Assembly (NCBI GenBank): GCA_964645765.1
Contig: CAZYBE010000006.1
Span: 18,175 to 82,174, forward strand
Direction: 5' to 3'
From: an uncultured Eubacteriales bacterium
Lineage (GTDB): Bacteria > Acidobacteriota > Aminicenantia > Aminicenantales > Aminicenantaceae
DNA: 64,000 bases
Positions 36,545 to 45,180 of the stretch are shown piece by piece (within the stretch, counting starts at the first letter, position 1; every line of letters begins with the position of its first letter). Below the pieces are notes generated by a model. That model worked only from the letters and a program-made list of their open reading frames with translations. It was not told the origin of the DNA and did no database searches. Both the position numbers and the translations under genes were made by a program.

Positions 36545-38211
36545 AGATCGTTGAATGCGTCCCCAATTTCAGCGAAGGGCGAGACAGGGAAATCATAAAT
36601 TCCATCGCCAAAGAAATCGAGTCCACATCAGAAGTGAAGCTCCTCGATGTCGACCCTGGAGAGTCGACCAACAGGACTGTTGTCACTTTTATCGGCACAC
36701 CCCAAGGGGTGAAGGAGGCAGCGTTCAAGGCGATCAAAAAAGCGGCTGAGCTGATCGATATGAGGAAGCACAAAGGAGCTCATGGTCGAATCGGAGCCAC
36801 AGATGTCTGCCCCTTTGTTCCTGTCTCAGGTGTAACCATGGAGGACTGTGTCAAGCTTGCCCATGAGCTGGGAGAAAAAGTCTCCAGAGAGCTGGGAATT
36901 CCTGTCTTCCTCTACGAAGAAGCTGCCCAGAAGCCAGAAAGAAAGAATCTTGCCAATATCCGCAAGGGGGAATATGAAGGCTTGCCGGAAAAATTGAAAG
37001 ACCCTGAATGGGCTCCTGACTATGGTCAGCCGGTTTTTAACCCAAAGTCGGGTGCGACCGTGATTGGGGCCAGAGAATTCCTAATCGCCTATAACATCAA
37101 CCTGAACACCAGGGACCAGAAGCTCGCCCATGAAATTGCCCTCAGCCTGAGGGAAATGGGACGGGCAAAAAAAGATAAAGACGGAAACATAATCAGAGAC
37201 GCTGAAGGAAAAGCAATTATGGCCCCAGGCAAATTCAAGGAAGTGAAGGCCGTGGGATGGTATATCGAGGACTACGGAATCGCTCAAATTTCGATAAACT
37301 TCATTAACTACAAGATAACGCCTCCCCATCTTGTCTTCGATGAGGCTGTAAGAGAAGCAGAAAAGCTTGGATTAAGGGTCACTGGAAGTGAGCTGGTCGG
37401 TTTGATTCCCAAGGAAGCCATGCTCATAGCTGGAAGGTATTACCTCGAGAAACAAGGAAAAAGTCCGGGAGTCCCTGAAGAAGAGCTGATAAAAGTCGCA
37501 GTCGCATCCCTGGGCTTGAACGATGTTGCTCCCTTCGACCCCCAGAAGAAAATTATAGAATACCAGTTCAAGGAAGATGAGAGCTCCTTGCTGCGGCTCA
37601 ACTTGAGGGAATTCGCCAACGAACTATCTCTGGATTCTCCTACACCAGGAGGAGGAAGCACGGCCGCCCTTTTTGGAGCTCTATCCGCTTCTCTATCTTC
37701 CATGGTCTCCAATCTTACTATCGGGAAAAAAGGCTACGAAAAAGTTGAGAAGGATATGAAGAAAAATGCGGTCAATGCCCAGCTTTTAAAGGACGAACTC
37801 CTGAGAGCGGTTGATGCCGATACAAAAGCTTTCAACAAAGTCATGACAGCCTACAAGCTGCCCAAGGCAACAGGAGAGCAAGAGAAAGAAAGGGCCCGCG
37901 CAGTGGAAGAAGCTTTGAAAGAGGCGACTTTGGTTCCCCTCTCTGTGCTCGAGAAAAGTGTTGAGGCCTTAAAGCTGGCGAAGGTGGCTGCTCTAAAAGG
38001 AAATAAAAATTCATTGAGCGACGCTGGAGTGGCAGCCCTTGCAGCCCAGGCTGCAGCACAAGGCGCTTATTATAACATCAAGATAAACCTTCCGAATATC
38101 CAGGACAAGCCGTTCAAGGCAAGAATACAGAGGAAAGCTATTTCCCTATGCGAAAAATCCGCAAAGTCAGGCAATGAGCTGAAAAAAATTATGGAAAAAG
38201 AATTGAAATAA
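36541..38211 (+). CDS. ftcD: Bifunctional glutamate formimidoyltransferase / formimidoyl-THF cyclodeaminase (FTCD)
   Basis: N-terminus MKIVECVPNFSEGRD (FT domain) and C-terminal cyclodeaminase domain with TPGGGSTAALFGALSASL. Confidence 0.8.
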   Translation: MKIVECVPNFSEGRDREIINSIAKEIESTSEVKLLDVDPGESTNRTVVTFIGTPQGVKEAAFKAIKKAAELIDMRKHKGAHGRIGATDVCPFVPVSGVTMEDCVKLAHELGEKVSRELGIPVFLYEEAAQKPERKNLANIRKGEYEGLPEKLKDPEWAPDYGQPVFNPKSGATVIGAREFLIAYNINLNTRDQKLAHEIALSLREMGRAKKDKDGNIIRDAEGKAIMAPGKFKEVKAVGWYIEDYGIAQISINFINYKITPPHLVFDEAVREAEKLGLRVTGSELVGLIPKEAMLIAGRYYLEKQGKSPGVPEEELIKVAVASLGLNDVAPFDPQKKIIEYQFKEDESSLLRLNLREFANELSLDSPTPGGGSTAALFGALSASLSSMVSNLTIGKKGYEKVEKDMKKNAVNAQLLKDELLRAVDADTKAFNKVMTAYKLPKATGEQEKERARAVEEALKEATLVPLSVLEKSVEALKLAKVAALKGNKNSLSDAGVAALAAQAAAQGAYYNIKINLPNIQDKPFKARIQRKAISLCEKSAKSGNELKKIMEKELK

Positions 38212-38212
38212 A

Positions 38213-38734
38213 TTGAAGAATTTATTGATCACTGGCCCTCCCCGCTGCGGAAAAACAACTTTGATCATGAGGCTGAGCCAGGACCCTTCTCTTTCTGATA
38301 AAATCGGAGGCTTCATCACCGAGGAATTCATGGAAAAAGGACAAAGGGTGGGCTTCAAGATCATCGCTCTTCCTGGCAAAGAAGAGGGCCTTCTCGCTCG
38401 CAAGAGCTATCCTTCGCCCCATCGTGTGGGAAAATATGGAGTGAACATCCAAGACCTTGAAAAAATCGGATGTTCTTCCCTGGAGGCTGCATTGCATTCA
38501 GGAAAATTTATCGTGGTCGATGAAATCGGCAAGATGGAACTTTTCTCAGAAAAATTCAGGACTGTTCTTTATCAGGCGCTTGAGGCTCCTCAAAAAATGT
38601 TAGCCACGATTATGGAAACAAAGAACCAATTCGCTGACAGGATTAAGAAGAGAAAAGATGTAAGAGTTATTCTTCTCAACCGAGACAATTTCGACCGAGT
38701 CTACCCTGAGGTTCGAGAATGGTTTAAAATGTGA
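38213..38734 (+). CDS. THEP1-type nucleoside-triphosphatase (P-loop NTPase)
   Basis: Walker A ITGPPRCGKTTL. About 173 aa, typical of the family. Confidence 0.65.
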   Translation: MKNLLITGPPRCGKTTLIMRLSQDPSLSDKIGGFITEEFMEKGQRVGFKIIALPGKEEGLLARKSYPSPHRVGKYGVNIQDLEKIGCSSLEAALHSGKFIVVDEIGKMELFSEKFRTVLYQALEAPQKMLATIMETKNQFADRIKKRKDVRVILLNRDNFDRVYPEVREWFKM

Positions 38735-39264
38735 TGAGAGGAGAAGAAATGAAGGCTCTTCTTGTGATTGACATGCTAAAAGACTTTCTCAATAAGGATG
38801 GCGCTCTGTATTGTGGCGATGAATCAAGGAAAATCATTCCCTTTGTCAAAGAAAAGATTGAAGAGTTCCATAAAGAGAGTGACCTGGTTGTTTTCATCTG
38901 CGATTCCCACGACCCCGATGACTTAGAATTCAAGATGTTTCCCAGGCATTGCGTTGCTGGCACAGAAGGAGCTGAGATCATCGACGAGCTTCCGGTTGGG
39001 AAAAAGGATGTTGTTGTCAAGAAGACCCGCTACAGCGCTTTCTACAAGACAAAGCTGGATAAAATTCTGAAGAAAAGGAAGGTCAGCGAAGTCTATATGG
39101 TCGGTGTCTGCACCTCAATCTGCGTCATGGACACTGTTGGAGACCTCCGAAACAGGGACTATCCAGTCTTTGTTTATAAAAACGGAGTGGCAGATTTCGA
39201 CCGGAAAGCCCATCAATTCTCCCTAGAGAGGATGGAGAAAACCTACGGTGCGAAAATAATCTAG
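38731..39264 (+). CDS. Isochorismatase-family cysteine hydrolase (nicotinamidase-like)
   Basis: ALLVIDMLKDF (catalytic Asp), K, and VGVCTSICV (Cys nucleophile). Confidence 0.7.
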   Translation: MMRGEEMKALLVIDMLKDFLNKDGALYCGDESRKIIPFVKEKIEEFHKESDLVVFICDSHDPDDLEFKMFPRHCVAGTEGAEIIDELPVGKKDVVVKKTRYSAFYKTKLDKILKKRKVSEVYMVGVCTSICVMDTVGDLRNRDYPVFVYKNGVADFDRKAHQFSLERMEKTYGAKII

Positions 39265-39351
39265 AAGGTCCTATCCAGAATGGCCTTGCTCCCATTCAGG
39301 TTTTTAACGCCGTTCTTTTTTTTGTGGATTTAAAATTTTTCCTGAAAGGAG

Positions 39352-39888
39352 TTGGACATGAAAGAGCAAACAATAAGGGGAAAAAAAATCAAGCTTATCG
39401 AGGGCAACATTGCTCTTCTCGACGTTGAGGCAGTGGTCAATGCTGCCAACAAAAATTTAATCCTTGGAGGGGGCGTTGCCGGAGCCATAAAGAGATATGG
39501 CGGCCCTTCCATCCAGGAGGAGTGCAATAAAATCGGGCCGATCAAGACAGGCGAAGCGGTCATAACGGGCGCAGGCGACCTCAAGGCTAAGTACGTCATC
39601 CACGCCGTTGGCCCTGTCGCCGGAGAAGGACAAGAAGAAGAAAAGTTACGCAGCGCAACTCTCGCGAGCCTTAAGATAGCCAAAGAAAGAACTATAAAAA
39701 ACATTGCTTTTCCTGCCATCAGCACCGGCATCTTTGGCTTCCCTATCGAGAAGTGCAGCGAGATCATGCTCAAGGCAGCAGCGGACTTTCTGGATAAAAA
39801 TGATTACCCCAAAGAAGTCATTTTTTGTCTTTTTGGAGAAGAAGCTTATTTTGTCTTCGAAAAGGCTCTGGAAAAATTGACCGGATAA
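39352..39888 (+). CDS. Macro domain protein (O-acetyl-ADP-ribose deacetylase / ADP-ribose binding)
   Basis: VVNAANKNLILGGGVAGAI and HAVGPV motifs. Confidence 0.8.
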   Translation: MDMKEQTIRGKKIKLIEGNIALLDVEAVVNAANKNLILGGGVAGAIKRYGGPSIQEECNKIGPIKTGEAVITGAGDLKAKYVIHAVGPVAGEGQEEEKLRSATLASLKIAKERTIKNIAFPAISTGIFGFPIEKCSEIMLKAAADFLDKNDYPKEVIFCLFGEEAYFVFEKALEKLTG

Positions 39889-39897
39889 AATTTCCTT

Positions 39898-40494
39898 TTA
39901 TCCCTCAGATATTCTTTTTTGAACAGCTTGCCAGATGTCTTCTAATCCTAATCTTTTTGCCCACAGAGAAATATAGTTATAATCTATCATTTCTTTTGAA
40001 ATTTTTAGAATTCCTGTGATATCGCGGAGATGTTTTTCTGAACCGCCTTCTCTATAATATTCCATTTTTTTAATAATCACATCTTCGGGAGAAGCAAAAT
40101 TGGCTTCCGCATCTTCCAGCGCTTTGATTCTTTTTATTCGGTTAAATTGACTCTTGTCAAAATCGTCCATTTTGCTGATGATGACATCTATTTTTAGTCC
40201 TGAAGCAGGGTGAATAATATTGAATGAATGTTTGAGGAGAATGGCTTTCTTTATCATATCTTCATCCAGATAAAAATCTTCCTTAGGAAAATATTTTATT
40301 AACGCCTTGATATGTTCCTCCTTGATATCTGCTACAATATCAATGTCAATTGTTAGCCTTGGCTCGCCATAGGCGATACTGGCAATAGCGCCGGTAATCA
40401 GATAGGGAAATTTTAAACTCTCAAAACAGCGGATGACCAGGCGGAGGAGCTCAGACTGTTCCATGAGACATTCTCCTTGCAGTTTCTCTTTCAA
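39898..40494 (-). CDS. Pol-beta superfamily nucleotidyltransferase-fold protein (paralog of 22310..22897)
   Basis: ITGAIASIAYGEPRLTIDIDIV, LKIDVIISK and PEDVIIKK...HLRDITGIL. Collinear with the first copy. Confidence 0.5.
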   Translation of the reverse strand: MKEKLQGECLMEQSELLRLVIRCFESLKFPYLITGAIASIAYGEPRLTIDIDIVADIKEEHIKALIKYFPKEDFYLDEDMIKKAILLKHSFNIIHPASGLKIDVIISKMDDFDKSQFNRIKRIKALEDAEANFASPEDVIIKKMEYYREGGSEKHLRDITGILKISKEMIDYNYISLWAKRLGLEDIWQAVQKRISEG

Positions 40495-40666
40495 TTTTTT
40501 TTTCTGACCAATCAGGATGCAAAGAGTGAAGGCTATTCGAGAGCAAAATTATTGTCGAGCGCCACAGGCCAAAGGCGATGCGCAGGCGCTCAAGAGGGGT
40601 CTTGTTTTTATAGATTACGACCATAACATCATCGACCGCTTCGACATGAAAAAACTTATTCTCCAT
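40451..40666 (-). CDS. Small hypothetical protein (71 aa), putative partner of NTase 39898..40494
   Basis: Overlaps the NTase start by 44 bp. Shares segments with the ORF at 22093..22320. Confidence 0.25.
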   Translation of the reverse strand: MENKFFHVEAVDDVMVVIYKNKTPLERLRIAFGLWRSTIILLSNSLHSLHPDWSEKKIERETARRMSHGTV

Positions 40667-40722
40667 TATTGCCTTTTTTTGCTTTATAGCATAGCAAGAA
40701 AATCAGGTCAAATAAGACTCTC

Positions 40723-41532
40723 TCAAAGAAATTTCTTTCCTCTCTTGAGAAGAAAAAAGAGTCCAAAAAAGAGGAAAGAGAGAATGACAATAGTTCCAGA
40801 AGCGGGAAAGTCCAGATAAAAGGCTAAAAGAAGACCGCCAAGAACAGAAACAAGAGCAGTGAGGGAAGAAAGAATAATAGCCTGCTTGAAATTGGATGCA
40901 AGTTGAAGGCCAGCAGCAGCCGGGATAACGACCAGGGCTGAAACCATAAGAATTCCGACCACTTTCATCCCCAGGACAATAGTCACAGCTGTAAGCACAG
41001 TTAACAGAACGTCAAGGCGATTGACCCTAATTCCTGAAGCCTTGGCTGCTTCCCGGTCAAAAGTCAGGTACATGAATTGGCGATAGTTTAGAATCACAAT
41101 CATGACGACCACCGCAGCCAAGCCGATGGAAAGATAGACTTCTGAGATATCTATGGAGAGGATATCTCCGAAAAGATAGCTGAGGAGGTCCACGTTGAAG
41201 CCATGAGCAAGGGTCACCAACAAAATTCCAACAGCAAAGCCGGCACTGCTGAATATGGCGATAGCCGTATCGCCGTAGAGTCCGGCTTTCTCCTTGACCT
41301 TCATGATTCCCAACGCGGCCAATGCAGCGATGGCAAGAGCCATGGCCAGAGGAACAACTTTAAGAAAAAAGCCCAGGGCAATCCCGGCAAAGGTGATGTG
41401 CGCCAACCCGTGGCCGATCATGGCATCCCGCCTTAAGATGATGAACACGCCTAAAAGAGCACAAGCTAAAGCGACAAAGACTCCGGCAAGGAGCGCACGC
41501 TGCAGGAATCCATATCTAAGAAGAGCTTCCAT
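40723..41532 (-). CDS. znuB: Metal (Zn/Mn) ABC transporter permease
   Basis: 269 aa, ZnuB/MntB-type 8-TM permease. Confidence 0.8.
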   Translation of the reverse strand: MEALLRYGFLQRALLAGVFVALACALLGVFIILRRDAMIGHGLAHITFAGIALGFFLKVVPLAMALAIAALAALGIMKVKEKAGLYGDTAIAIFSSAGFAVGILLVTLAHGFNVDLLSYLFGDILSIDISEVYLSIGLAAVVVMIVILNYRQFMYLTFDREAAKASGIRVNRLDVLLTVLTAVTIVLGMKVVGILMVSALVVIPAAAGLQLASNFKQAIILSSLTALVSVLGGLLLAFYLDFPASGTIVILSFLFFGLFFLLKRGKKFL

Positions 41533-41538
41533 TTTTTA

Positions 41539-42306
41539 TCAATGGTGATGGGAGATGAGGTGGTTTCCTCCGGCAAGCATTTCTTTGAAGGCCGCAGAGC
41601 GGCAAAATTCAGCGTGAGTGCCGTGATAGACCAACCTCTGGTTGATGCAGGCGACTTTGTTCACATGGCGGTTTACAACTCCGATATCGTGGGTGATAAG
41701 AACAATGGTGATGACTTCTTTTTTATTCAAATTATCGAGCATGTCATAGAAATGCTCTTGAGTCTCAGCATCCACGCCAGTTGTCGGCTCATCAAGGAAA
41801 AGAAGATGAGGCTCGCTGACGATGGCTCTGGCAATAAAAACTCGCTGCTGTTGTCCTCCTGAAAGATTCCCGATGCGCCAGCTTTTGAAATGTTCCATGC
41901 CGACATTCTCCAATGCTTTCCTTATGGAAAGCTCTTCCTCTCGCTTTGTCAGCCTTAGAAATTTTCCGCTGGAAAGAAGCCCCATGGCCACGACTTCTTT
42001 GACTGATACTGGAAAGAAAGGGTCAAAATGAGTCGCCTTCTGAGGGACATAGCCTATTTTTTGCCAGGCATTAAACTCCTCGACAGGCTTTTCCAAAATT
42101 TGAACTTCCCCGGTTGAGGGCTTCAGAAGTCCTAGGATGATTTTGATCAGGGTTGTTTTCCCAGAGCCGTTGGGGCCAATGATGGCCAAAAAATCACCCT
42201 GCTGGATGTGGAAGGAAACATCTTTTAGGACCTGGACGGAGCCGTAGCTGAAGGAGACATTCCTGAGGGTGATCAAGGTTCTGTGTTCAGCGGCAGTTGA
42301 GTCCAT
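41539..42306 (-). CDS. znuC: Metal ABC transporter ATP-binding protein
   Basis: Walker A GPNGSGKTT, signature LSGGQQQR, Walker B LLFLDEP. Confidence 0.85.
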   Translation of the reverse strand: MDSTAAEHRTLITLRNVSFSYGSVQVLKDVSFHIQQGDFLAIIGPNGSGKTTLIKIILGLLKPSTGEVQILEKPVEEFNAWQKIGYVPQKATHFDPFFPVSVKEVVAMGLLSSGKFLRLTKREEELSIRKALENVGMEHFKSWRIGNLSGGQQQRVFIARAIVSEPHLLFLDEPTTGVDAETQEHFYDMLDNLNKKEVITIVLITHDIGVVNRHVNKVACINQRLVYHGTHAEFCRSAAFKEMLAGGNHLISHHH

Positions 42307-43228
42307 TTTTTAAATTCTCCAGATTCTTTTCCATTATATCAAAAAATGTCTTCCCCGACTTCAACTCGGCCTTAGTCAGATTTTCTCCAGGATTCAAGAC
42401 AAGGGTCCTGGCCCCAAGTTCCTCAGCCAGAGCCTTTGCTAATTTATTGCCGATTTGAATCTCAAAAAAAATGACCTTTATCTCAAGCTTTCTTGCCGTT
42501 TCCACAGCTTCAGCCATCATCTTCGGTGTAGGTCCGGAATCCGGGTTCAATCCATAGAGAGAAACCTGATGAAGGTCGTAGCGTCTCGCCAGGTAACCAA
42601 AAGCGGAATGCCCGCCGACAATAAAAGTCCTGTGAAGACAATTTCTTAAGCCTTCCCTGAACTTCTGTTCAAGGCTCTGAAGCTTTTCTTTATAGACCAA
42701 AGCATTCTTTTTAAAAATTGACGAATTTTTTGGTTCTATCTCAGAAAGGATCTCGGCAATCCTTTCGACAATCACCTGGTCGTGCTCAAAATCCAGCCAG
42801 ACATGCGGGTCTGGAATCATTTGCTCATGCTCATGATGAGGGCCTCGAGCTTCGCTTTCGAGAAGAGAAATTCCCTGGCTTGCCTCAAGAACTTTAAGCT
42901 GCGGATTCTTGATAATCTTCAGAAAATCCTTGAGCCATGGCTCCATGTTTAAGCCGATAAAAATAAAGAGGCGAGCCGAAGAGAGTCTGATGATATCACT
43001 CGGCCTGGGCTGCCAAGTATGAGCCTCAGCGCCAGGAGGAAGAAGAAGACTGACCTCTCCCCTTTCCCCTGAAACAGCTCGAGCAAACTCCATCAAAGGG
43101 AAAACGCTGGCGACAATCTTAATCTTTTCAGAATCGTTCCAATTTCGCTGGGGAAAGCTCAAAAGGCTAAAAACTAAAAGAATGAAAAGAAAAAACAGAA
43201 ACAACTTTTTTATCAACATCTTAGGCAT
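42287..43228 (-). CDS. znuA: Metal ABC transporter substrate-binding protein (ZnuA/TroA cluster 9) with a His-rich loop
   Basis: Signal peptide, cluster-9 SBP fold, GPHHEHEQ loop. Overlaps the znuC start. Confidence 0.75.
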   Translation of the reverse strand: MPKMLIKKLFLFFLFILLVFSLLSFPQRNWNDSEKIKIVASVFPLMEFARAVSGERGEVSLLLPPGAEAHTWQPRPSDIIRLSSARLFIFIGLNMEPWLKDFLKIIKNPQLKVLEASQGISLLESEARGPHHEHEQMIPDPHVWLDFEHDQVIVERIAEILSEIEPKNSSIFKKNALVYKEKLQSLEQKFREGLRNCLHRTFIVGGHSAFGYLARRYDLHQVSLYGLNPDSGPTPKMMAEAVETARKLEIKVIFFEIQIGNKLAKALAEELGARTLVLNPGENLTKAELKSGKTFFDIMEKNLENLKNGLNCR

Positions 43229-43306
43229 CTTATTTCCTTAAACGAGGGAGGTCATGGATCAGGCCGGGTGTTTAGAAAACGCCCAGCCTGATCCTATTCA
43301 TATGTA

Positions 43307-44431
43307 TTACTCTACAGGATAGAGCCTCTCCTTCCACTCGAACTTTTTCTTGAAAAGCGAAAGACGAAAAGAATTAAGGAGAATGGCGAGGGCAAAAACG
43401 ACTGTCAAAGGGTGGAGCTGCCCATAGACGACATTGACTCTAAACCTCATGGATAAAACCAATTTAATAAGAGCGATGGTCATCACCTGGAAGAGAGGCA
43501 ATGTCAGCGATTGGTGTGATTCTAAAGCTGCCCAGAGGGAAAGATAGGGATAGATGAACAAATAATAACAGCCAAAAAGAATTAGCGCCAGGTAATGAGG
43601 CGCCTTTCCTATAGCTTCATAAGAATTCTTGGAAAATCCAGTCCAGACTTCTTTAAAGCAGGAGTAAAACCTGACATCCATGAACTGAGTTCCATCCAGT
43701 ATAGAAATTTTTCCTTTGTTTTCCTTAACTTTTTTTGCCATGGCGAGGTCATCAACAATCTCAGCCTTAATTGCCTCATAGCCTCCCCAGGAAAAAAAGA
43801 AATTCCTCTCGATGAAGAGAAATGGCCCCATGCCAAATGAGAGCCTTGAATCCTTGGAGAAATTAATCAGCTTGAAAGGAAGAAGAGCGACAAAGACAAA
43901 ATGGATGATAGGGAAATAGAGCTTTTCCGCCCAGGTCTTGGTGATAAAACTCGGAATGCAGCTGACAAAAACTGATTTCCTTTTTCTGGCCACGGCCAGA
44001 GCCGTCGAAACGGATTGCGGCTGATGGATTGTATCGGCATCGGTGAAAAGAAACCAATCACCTCGGGCAGCAAGCGAAAGCTGATGGCAGGCCCAGTTCT
44101 TTCCATTCCATCCGGCCGGAAGCTCCTTGCCTTTGATGGCTCTCAGCTTCTGATGATGTCTGGAGAGGTCCTTCACAATCTCATATGTTCTGTCAGTTGA
44201 GTTATCATCAAGAACGATGATTTCAAGCCTGGGGTAATCAGATTGAAGAAGTGAGGTCAGACAGTTTTCAATTTTTTCTTCCTCGTTCCGGGCCGGAATG
44301 AGGACAGAGATAAGGGGCAAGGGCGATTCAAGCTTTATGTATTCCTGCGAGCGAAGAATCTTAAGATTCTGGAGCAGGTTGAGGAGAATGAGAAAGAGGC
44401 AAATTAAAATTAGCGCCTGTATGAATTGCAT
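43307..44431 (-). CDS. Family 2 glycosyltransferase (membrane-anchored)
   Basis: ISVLIPARNEE...VLDDNSTD GT-A motifs. Additional TM helices. Confidence 0.7.
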   Translation of the reverse strand: MQFIQALILICLFLILLNLLQNLKILRSQEYIKLESPLPLISVLIPARNEEEKIENCLTSLLQSDYPRLEIIVLDDNSTDRTYEIVKDLSRHHQKLRAIKGKELPAGWNGKNWACHQLSLAARGDWFLFTDADTIHQPQSVSTALAVARKRKSVFVSCIPSFITKTWAEKLYFPIIHFVFVALLPFKLINFSKDSRLSFGMGPFLFIERNFFFSWGGYEAIKAEIVDDLAMAKKVKENKGKISILDGTQFMDVRFYSCFKEVWTGFSKNSYEAIGKAPHYLALILFGCYYLFIYPYLSLWAALESHQSLTLPLFQVMTIALIKLVLSMRFRVNVVYGQLHPLTVVFALAILLNSFRLSLFKKKFEWKERLYPVE

Positions 44432-44437
44432 CGAAGC

Positions 44438-45028
44438 TCACCAGCCTGATAGCTGTTTTATTCTCCTCATATAAGGCTCATCGATGAGCCTTTTGATACC
44501 GAGCAAAAAGAGAAAGGAAAGTAAGAGCAATAGCTCCGGCCAAGGCTTCTTCAGGACAGCCCACCAGAGGATGGGAATGCTTGCCATGCCAACGCCAATG
44601 GCAAGGTGAAATCTTCGCAAAAGAAGATAAAGAGCTGCGATCAAAAGACCGGAAATAACGATGATAAGAGGCTGCATGGCCAGAAGAAAGCCCATAGCAG
44701 ACGCCGCACCCTTTCCTCCTCTTCCTTTCAAAAAAATTGGAAACGCATGACCCAGAACAACAAAAAACCCGCAAAGCCAGATATACCAAGGCGAAAGCCC
44801 GAGGAGGAACCCGAGCCAATAGGCCAAGAATCCCTTAGAAACATCCAATAGCCCGGCTATGACTCCATACTTCTTCCCGACAACGTGCCAGACATTCCTG
44901 CCGCCGACATTACCCTCGCCCACAACGCGAATGTCAACGCCTTTGGCCATCCTGGCAACGATATAAGAAAAAGGAATCGAACCTAAAAAATAAGAGAGAA
45001 TACAGCCCAAAATAACTTTTACGGCCAT
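44438..45028 (-). CDS. Divergent PlsY-family (DUF205) acyltransferase paralog, co-transcribed with the GT2 gene
   Basis: GEGNVGGRNV and GGKGAAS counterparts of the PlsY motifs. 6-bp gap to the downstream GT2 gene. Confidence 0.6.
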   Translation of the reverse strand: MAVKVILGCILSYFLGSIPFSYIVARMAKGVDIRVVGEGNVGGRNVWHVVGKKYGVIAGLLDVSKGFLAYWLGFLLGLSPWYIWLCGFFVVLGHAFPIFLKGRGGKGAASAMGFLLAMQPLIIVISGLLIAALYLLLRRFHLAIGVGMASIPILWWAVLKKPWPELLLLLSFLFLLGIKRLIDEPYMRRIKQLSGW

Positions 45029-45119
45029 TTTTTCGTTATTTTTTCTTTATTACATAATCATATAGATGTCAACAAAAAAAACAAAGTTAAACTTAAGTTA
45101 TTGTATTTAAAAAAGAAAC

Positions 45120-45180
45120 AATTTTTCTAAGCTAGGCGAAGGCAGAGTGGCGAGAAGGCCGTTTGAAGGCTGAGCTATTT
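45120..45180. repeat. Short copy of the intergenic repeat family (ggcgaaggc ... ccgtttgaaggctgagc)
   Basis: Shares ccgtttgaaggctgagc with the reverse complement of the 33.5-kb element. Confidence 0.35.
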
